DNA of 28,215 bases from Octopus sinensis (lineage: Eukaryota): the NCBI RefSeq assembly GCF_006345805.1, contig NW_021827530.1:1-28215 (forward strand), read 5' to 3'. Positions within the stretch are counted from its first letter, which is position 1, and the number at the start of each line of letters is the position of its first letter. The notes under the pieces are model-generated. The model was not told where the DNA came from. It saw nothing but the letters and a program-made list of their open reading frames with translations, and did not search any database. The position numbers and the translations under genes were made by a program. Positions 21,533 to 28,215 of this stretch are shown piece after piece.

Positions 21533-22390
21533 CACATGGAGCGATGGCTAAATTGTCGCTATTTTATATTTTTAATTTCGCGCATGTGCATTGTTTGTTT
21601 TTTACTTTTTCAACTGCACAGAATAGTAGGGTCAGTCGGGCACCGTCTGTGAAAAAAACAGCACCATAACGCAATTCACTCTACCAGAAATTTGGAAACG
21701 ACAAGCTTGTACTACTTGGTATTTTAGCCGGAAGCTCCAACACGAACATTTCAGAGTGTTTAGGTGTCAATCTGAGGACATGTACCGAGAATGATAAAAA
21801 TCAAACAACCAGTTAACATCATGGTGCTTCGATGATCACTAGTGATGGCGACGTTATGCCTCCATTTATCTTCCCACACTCAACACGGAGGCCTACATCA
21901 AGTGCCTGGAGGAGGTAGTGCTGCCCTGAGTCAAGAAGATGGCTGCTGGAAGACCTATGTCTGGCAACAGGACTCTGCACCGTGCGTAAGAGCCCAATCA
22001 TGGCTGCCAGACAATTTCTGCGACTACATCACCCCTAACATCTAGGCACCTAACTCCCCAGATTGCGACCCCTTTGATTATTGTGTGGGGGGCACAGTGG
22101 AGCGAGAGCCGAACGAAAATCCTTGTAACACAAAAGATGAACTGAAAGCAAGGATTATGGCAGCATCCACCAACTTAAACAAGGAGACCGCCCAGAAGAG
22201 TTGCAGGAGATTCCGAAATCGTCTGGAGGCCATGGTTTAAGCCAATGGCGATTTTATTGAATAAATTTACCCTTTAGTATTTGAAGATATATTTTATTTA
22301 AGTTTGGTAAATATATCTGTTAAAATGAGATGTCAGTGTTATTTTCATTTTTGCGTCATTTAGACAACAGTTTATTTACCGCACCTTGTA
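21533..22390 (+). mobile_element. Internally deleted Tc1/mariner element, maT (DD37D)-like
   Basis: Broken frames give ITSDGDVMPPFIFP, YIKCLEEVVLP, YVWQQDSAP, PNSPDCDPFDY, CRRFRNRLEAMV*ANGDFIE*. Imperfect terminal inverted repeats (5' ...GGAGCGATGGCTAAATTGTCG; 3' CAACAGTTTATTTACCGCACCTTG followed by TA). Confidence 0.85.
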
Positions 22391-22413
22391 TGTATGTATG
22401 TGTGATATATATA

Positions 22414-22739
<326 letters not shown>

Positions 22740-22887
22740 TCAGAAAGAAAAGAAATGTAAGAGTCACAGAAAGCTTGTTTAATAGAATTTATGGTGATAT
22801 TAGGATCATATTACATCATTACATCATTAAAAATAAAATAAATACCAGTTTCACGATCAACGATTGTCAACTTATATAGAGAAAACT

Positions 22888-23142
22888 TTTTTGCTGTCAA
22901 TAGGACGCCATCTTTGAAAAAAATGTAAACAAATGAAGCAATATGTCAAGAGGAGCAACTCTTATTTTTCATGAAGCTCTCTATTGTTTTTTGCGAGCAT
23001 GCAGTTACAGGAGTTATTTCATTTTATGCACAATTATATTACCGTACTTGATTTTAAAGATTAAGCAGTAATGTGTGAATGAGTGTATATCCATATATTT
23101 TATGCTCTAACATGTCATTTTCTCTCTTGTAAAATATATATG

Positions 23143-23198
<56 letters not shown>

Positions 23199-23509
23199 TA
23201 GATATCACGTGATCACGTGACCGATCAGGCCATCAAATGTTGTTACACATCGCTGGTCACAATGCGTTCGCATTGTTTTAGCCTTCGAATGACGCCACTC
23301 CGCTGGCTAAGCGAGCAGGCCAACAGACGAAAGAGTGAGAGAAAGTTGTGGTGAAAGAGTACAGCAGGGATCACCACCCCCTGCCGGAGCGTCGTGGAGC
23401 TTTTAGGTGTTTTCGCTCAATAAACACACACAACGCCCGGTCTGGGAATCGAAACCGCGATCCTACGACCGCGAGTCCGCTGCCCTAACCACTGGGCCAT
23501 TGCGCCTCC

Positions 23510-23558
<49 letters not shown>

Positions 23559-24203
23559 CATACATACATAATACATACATACATACATACATACATACAT
23601 ACATACATACATTACATACATACATACATACATACATAATACATACATACATACATATATATACATACATGCATACATATATATACATATACACACACAC
23701 ATAAGTATGAACAGTAATTTGTACCTATAAAATTGTGGTTGGCATACATATATAACTCTTTTGTATATGTTGAAATTCCATAATTGAATAAAATAAATCA
23801 GTCCAATAGAAAATGAAAATGAACGATGAAGCAATTGCCAAGGTATGAATATTTTCTCCGTAAGAGTCATGTCGGACCTCTCATGACTCAGGTTTGAATA
23901 TGAATGGGCGTCCAGGAGTCAAGTAATTAAGTGACAATTGGTAATACAATAAAAATGAATTGGTGTTTAGTTCAGGTTTGTATTTTTGGATGAAATATGT
24001 CTCTTTATTGAGTCGGGATTGTGTAGAAGTCCTGTCAGCAAATTTATATAGAGGGAAAATAGTGAATTTAGGTTGTATTTGTTTCGTACATACGTCGATA
24101 TCTTCACCGGAGAGCTACATGAAAAGTAAGAGCTGCTCTCCTTAACATATTGCTTCATCTCTGCTTACTGTTTTTCAAAGATGGCGTCCTACTGACAGCA
24201 AAA

Positions 24204-24204
<1 letters not shown>
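22888..24204. mobile_element. Candidate non-autonomous DNA transposon bounded by about 95-bp inverted repeats (22888-22981 and 24110-24204)
   Basis: TTTTTGCTGTCAATAGGACGCCATCTTTGAAAA versus TTTTCAAAGATGGCGTCCTACTGACAGCAAAAA (1 mismatch in 33), continuing ATGAAGCAATATGT...CTCTTA.TTTTCATG.AGCTCTC. No TSD seen. Confidence 0.6.
23204..23509 (-). mobile_element. tRNA(Arg)-like SINE, family D with tail Y
   Basis: Head GGAGGCGCAATGGCCCAGTGGTTAGGGCAGCGGACTCGCGG...TTTCGATTCCC; body shared with 966-1145; ends in (CACGTGAT)2 followed by (TATC)n. Confidence 0.9.
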
Positions 24205-24622
<418 letters not shown>

Positions 24623-25017
24623 GAACCTTGAGAGATAGATAGGGCGGTAGACAGACAGACACACAGATAGAATGACACACAGATAGACCGACGCACAAAA
24701 AAGGAGAGAGAGCACCATGTTAGAAGTGGCAAAATTCAGTTGGTGTTCAATGCAGCGTATAATTAGCTTCTGTCTGTGCTTTTGTTATGTTAGTGTATAA
24801 ACGTATTTGGAACATCAGCTGAACCAAGAGTCTCGGGTTCGCGTACTGCTCAACCTTTTGTCACATAACTTATGCTCATTCACTTTCTCTCTTTTGTTTC
24901 TTTTTTGCAACTTTACCCCTCCTCTCTCCCATACTCTTTTCCCCGACGTCCGACGTCTTGTCGCATCTTTAACGGCTTTTCTTCTGTATTTAGTTGTTCA
25001 TGAAGTTGCTGTTGACA

Positions 25018-25051
25018 GTGATGATGATGACGATGTCGTCACTACTACAGC

Positions 25052-25083
<32 letters not shown>

Positions 25084-25340
25084 TTTTTGCTGCTGCTCTT
25101 TGTTATTGCTGCAGGTATTTCTGTTATTGTTGATGATTATGGTGACGATGACGATGATGATGTCATTACTAGGCTGCTGCTGCTGATGATGATGTTGCTG
25201 TTGATGTTGCTGTTGATGATGACGATGATGATGATGACAATGATGATGATGATGATGATGACGACGACGACGACGACGACGATGATGATGATGATGATGA
25301 TGACGATGATTATGATGATGATGATGATTATGATGATGAT
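25018..25340. repeat. (GAT)/(GCT)/(GAC) trinucleotide tract
   Basis: Directly visible. Confidence 0.9.
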
Positions 25341-25349
25341 CCTTTCTGA

Positions 25350-25553
25350 TATAAGCAAAAGGCCTGAATTTCCGGGGAGGGAATCTAGTCGATTACATCG
25401 ACCCCAGTGTTCAACTGGTACTTGCTTCATCATTCCTGAAAGTATTAAAGGCAAAGTCGACCTCAGCGGGATTTGAACTCAGAACGTAAGGACGAACGAA
25501 ATGATGGTAAGCATTTTGCTTGGCGTGCTAACGACTCTGCCAACTCGCCGCCT
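25350..25553 (-). mobile_element. SINE family B copy
   Basis: AGTCGATTACATCGACCCCAGT...AAAGGCAAAGTCGACCTCAGCGGGATTTGAACTCAGAAC...CTGCCAACTCGCCGCC. Confidence 0.88.
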
Positions 25554-25691
25554 GAATAATAATAATAACAACAACAGCAACAACAAACAACAACAACACA
25601 ACAAAAAACAACAACAACAACAGCAACAATAAAATAATAATACTTAATAATAATATAATAATAATAACCACAACAACAATAACAACAGCAC

Positions 25692-25738
<47 letters not shown>

Positions 25739-25740
25739 GT

Positions 25741-26006
25741 AAACTAATAATTGCGGTCGATGAAAAAGGTAGCAGTAGTACCAATAATTGTCGGAGCCCT
25801 GGGAATTGTGAGCAAAAATCTCGAGAAGTACGTGGAGAAAATAGGGGCTGCAATAAAGGTGGAGCACTTGCAGAAAACAGCACTGCTTGGAACCGCCCGA
25901 ATACTCCGGAAGGTGCTCGAAAAATAAGAGGTGGTTACCTTAGTTCACTGGTAGTGAACAGCTGACACTGTTGTACATCTCCAGCGATAGAAGCTGTGCA
26001 AAGGCG
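25741..26006 (+). mobile_element. 5'-truncated R4/Dong-like retrotransposon 3' end inserted in (TAA)n
   Basis: 25760-25927 encodes MKKVAVVPIIVGALGIVSKNLEKYVEKIGAAIKVEHLQKTALLGTARILRKVLEK*, the typical RLE C-terminus. About 80-bp 3' UTR; (TAA)n on both flanks. Confidence 0.9.
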
Positions 26007-26037
<31 letters not shown>

Positions 26038-26940
26038 TAATAATAATAATAATAATAATAACAACAACAACAATAATAATAATAATTATAATGGAACGAT
26101 ACTAATTACAAAATTTATAATAATAATAATAATAATTAATATTTTCCCAAACCCTTGCTAACCCCACTGGGGTTTTCTGACAACCAATTAATATTTTTTC
26201 TCTTTCCATTGATAATAACAATTTCGTGAATACACTTTAAATAGAATAATGTAACAAAGCGTTAAATTCTATTTTGCCATCGACTGTCTTCTAATAGACA
26301 TTTCCATCAATCCATAGAGCAGCTGCTGTGCCCATTCGAGCGTGAATCCCTCTTCACCGAAGTCTGCTTCCATTCGACAAACAATAAGACCCCGAAAGGA
26401 AATACACGAAGAACTGGTCTCCAACTGGCGATTTGAGAATGGCCATTATGGAATAACAGGATTTTTCTTCCATGCTTGCGTGTGTATCTGTGTGTGCTTA
26501 ATCTGATATGTGTATATGTATATGTGTATGTCTTTCTGTATGTGTATATGTGTCTTTGTGTATTGCGTCTTGTACATATACATATGTGTGCGTTTCTTTA
26601 TGTGTGTGTACGTGTGCGTGCGTATGTATGTGTGTGTGTGTCTGCCTGTCTGTGTGTCCGTGTGTCTGTGTGTGTCTTCGTGTGAATGTTTGTGTATATG
26701 TGTGGGATGTATGTGTGTGTATTTCTGTGAGCTAAGATGTTATATGTGTATATGTGTGAGCCTCTATATGAGTGTTTCTGCGCGTGTATGTGTGTGTGCT
26801 TACGCATGCCATACAATATGTATGTGAGCATGTGTTTGCGTGTAAGTATTTGTGTGTTTATATATAAGTATGCGTATGTGTTTGCGATGTAGCTGTGTAT
26901 ATATGTGTGTGTGTGTGTTTATGTGTTTGTGCGGGAATGT

Positions 26941-27373
26941 TTACTCTTTTACTCTTTTACTTGTTTCAGTCATTTGACTGCGGCCATGCAGGAGCACCGC
27001 CTTTAGTCAAAAATCGACCCCGGGACTAATTTTTTTGTAAGCCCAGTACTTATTCTATCGGTCTGTTTTGCCGAACCGCTAAGTGACGGGAACGTAAACA
27101 CACCAGCATCGGTTGTCAAGCAATGCTAGGGGGACAAACACAGACACACAACCCCCCACACACACCCACCCACATATATATATATATATATATTATAATA
27201 TAATATATACGACAGGCTTCTTTCAGTTTCCGTCTACCAAATCCACTCACAAGGCATTGGTCGGCCCGGGCTATAGCAGCAGAAGACACTGCCCAAGATG
27301 CACGCAGTGGGACTGAACCCGGAACCATGTGGTTGGTTAGTAAGCTACTTACCACACAGCCACTCCTGCGCCT
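26941..27373 (-). mobile_element. SINE family A, full-length young copy
   Basis: Head GGCGCAGGAGTGGCTGTGTGGTAAG; tail ...GACTGAAACAAG(TAAAAGAG)2. Confidence 0.92.
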
Positions 27374-27710
27374 ATTTGCGTATGTATTTGTGTGTGTATG
27401 TGATAAGATTAGTATACATGTGTGTGTCCGTATGAGTGAATGTATGTGTATACGCATGCATATACGCAACACGTTTTGTGTATATGAATGTGTCTGTGTA
27501 TATGTGTGTATCTATGTGTTTGTGTGTATGCGAGTGTATGTATGATACGTATTATTGTGTGTATGCATATATGTATGGTTATGTATGTGTTGATATGTGC
27601 GTGTGTTTATATGTGTATATGTGTATATGTGTGTCTGTCTGTGTGTTTGTCTATTTTTGTGAATGTTTGTGTATATGCGTGGCGTGTATGTGTATTTCCG
27701 TAGGGAAGCT

Positions 27711-27742
<32 letters not shown>

Positions 27743-27758
27743 GTGTGTGTGTGTTTGT

Positions 27759-28020
27759 GTGAGCCTGTATATGAATGTTTGTGTGTGTGAGTGTCTGTGT
27801 TGGTGTGTGTGTGTGTGGGTGTGTGTGTGAGCCTGTATATGAATGTTTGTGTGTGTGAGTGTCTGTGTTGGTGTGTGTGTGTGTGTATGTGTGTGTGAGC
27901 CTGTATATGAATGTTTGTGTGTGTGAGTGTCTGTGTGTGTGTGTGTGAGCCTGTATATGAGTGTTTGTGTGTGTGAGTGTCTGTGTTGGTGTGTGTGTGT
28001 GAGCCTGTATATGAATGTGT
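27759..28020. repeat. GT-derived minisatellite anchored on GAGCCTGTATATGA(A/G)TGT, 5 units
   Basis: Anchors at 27761, 27829, 27897, 27947 and 28001 (periods 68, 68, 50, 54). Confidence 0.9.
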
Positions 28021-28215
28021 GTGTGCGTGAGTGTGTGTGAGTGTGTGTGTGGTGTGTGTGTGTGTGGTAAGTGCTTGTGTCTTTTGATGTCTTGTGTACG
28101 AATTCATCAGTGTGCATATGTGTGTGCATGTGTGTATGTGTGTTTCCTTATGTATATGTTGATGCTTGAGTGTGTGCGGTTACGCGTATATTGGCGTGTG
28201 TCGTAGGCATGTGTC

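Noticed and set aside
26268-26375. Short minus-strand ORF MEADFGEEGFTLEWAQQLLYGLMEMSIRRQSMAK
   Set aside because: Only 34 codons, with no recognisable homology or splice evidence; compatible with chance.
27759-28020. Repeat-spacer-like periodicity
   Set aside because: The intervening segments are variable (GT)n and near identical, so this is a minisatellite.

Overview
Eukaryotic, AT-rich, non-coding window made almost entirely of microsatellites and nested transposable-element remnants. The repeat content resembles a coleoid cephalopod (octopus-like) genome; this is an inference from recalled repeat families, not a database result. No intact host protein-coding gene is supportable, and nearly all listed ORFs are translations of simple repeats. 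Recognisable elements: (i) four tRNA-derived SINE families in about 17 full or partial copies, with swapped head/body/tail modules; (ii) two Penelope-like element (PLE) GIY-YIG remnants and three families of short repeats carrying hammerhead ribozyme (HHR) motifs; (iii) R4/Dong-type RLE retrotransposon pieces in (TAA)n tracts; (iv) a CR1/L2-group LINE 3' end sharing its tail with the commonest SINE; (v) two Tc1/mariner remnants; (vi) a near full-length U6 snRNA copy abutting a SINE head. The densest area is 17.4-20.3 kb: GIY-YIG followed by a tRNA-like Pol III promoter and an HHR, then an inverted pair of HHR repeats with a compensatory base change enclosing the U6-SINE junction and a variant-core HHR unit. 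Element boundaries were read by eye and are approximate.
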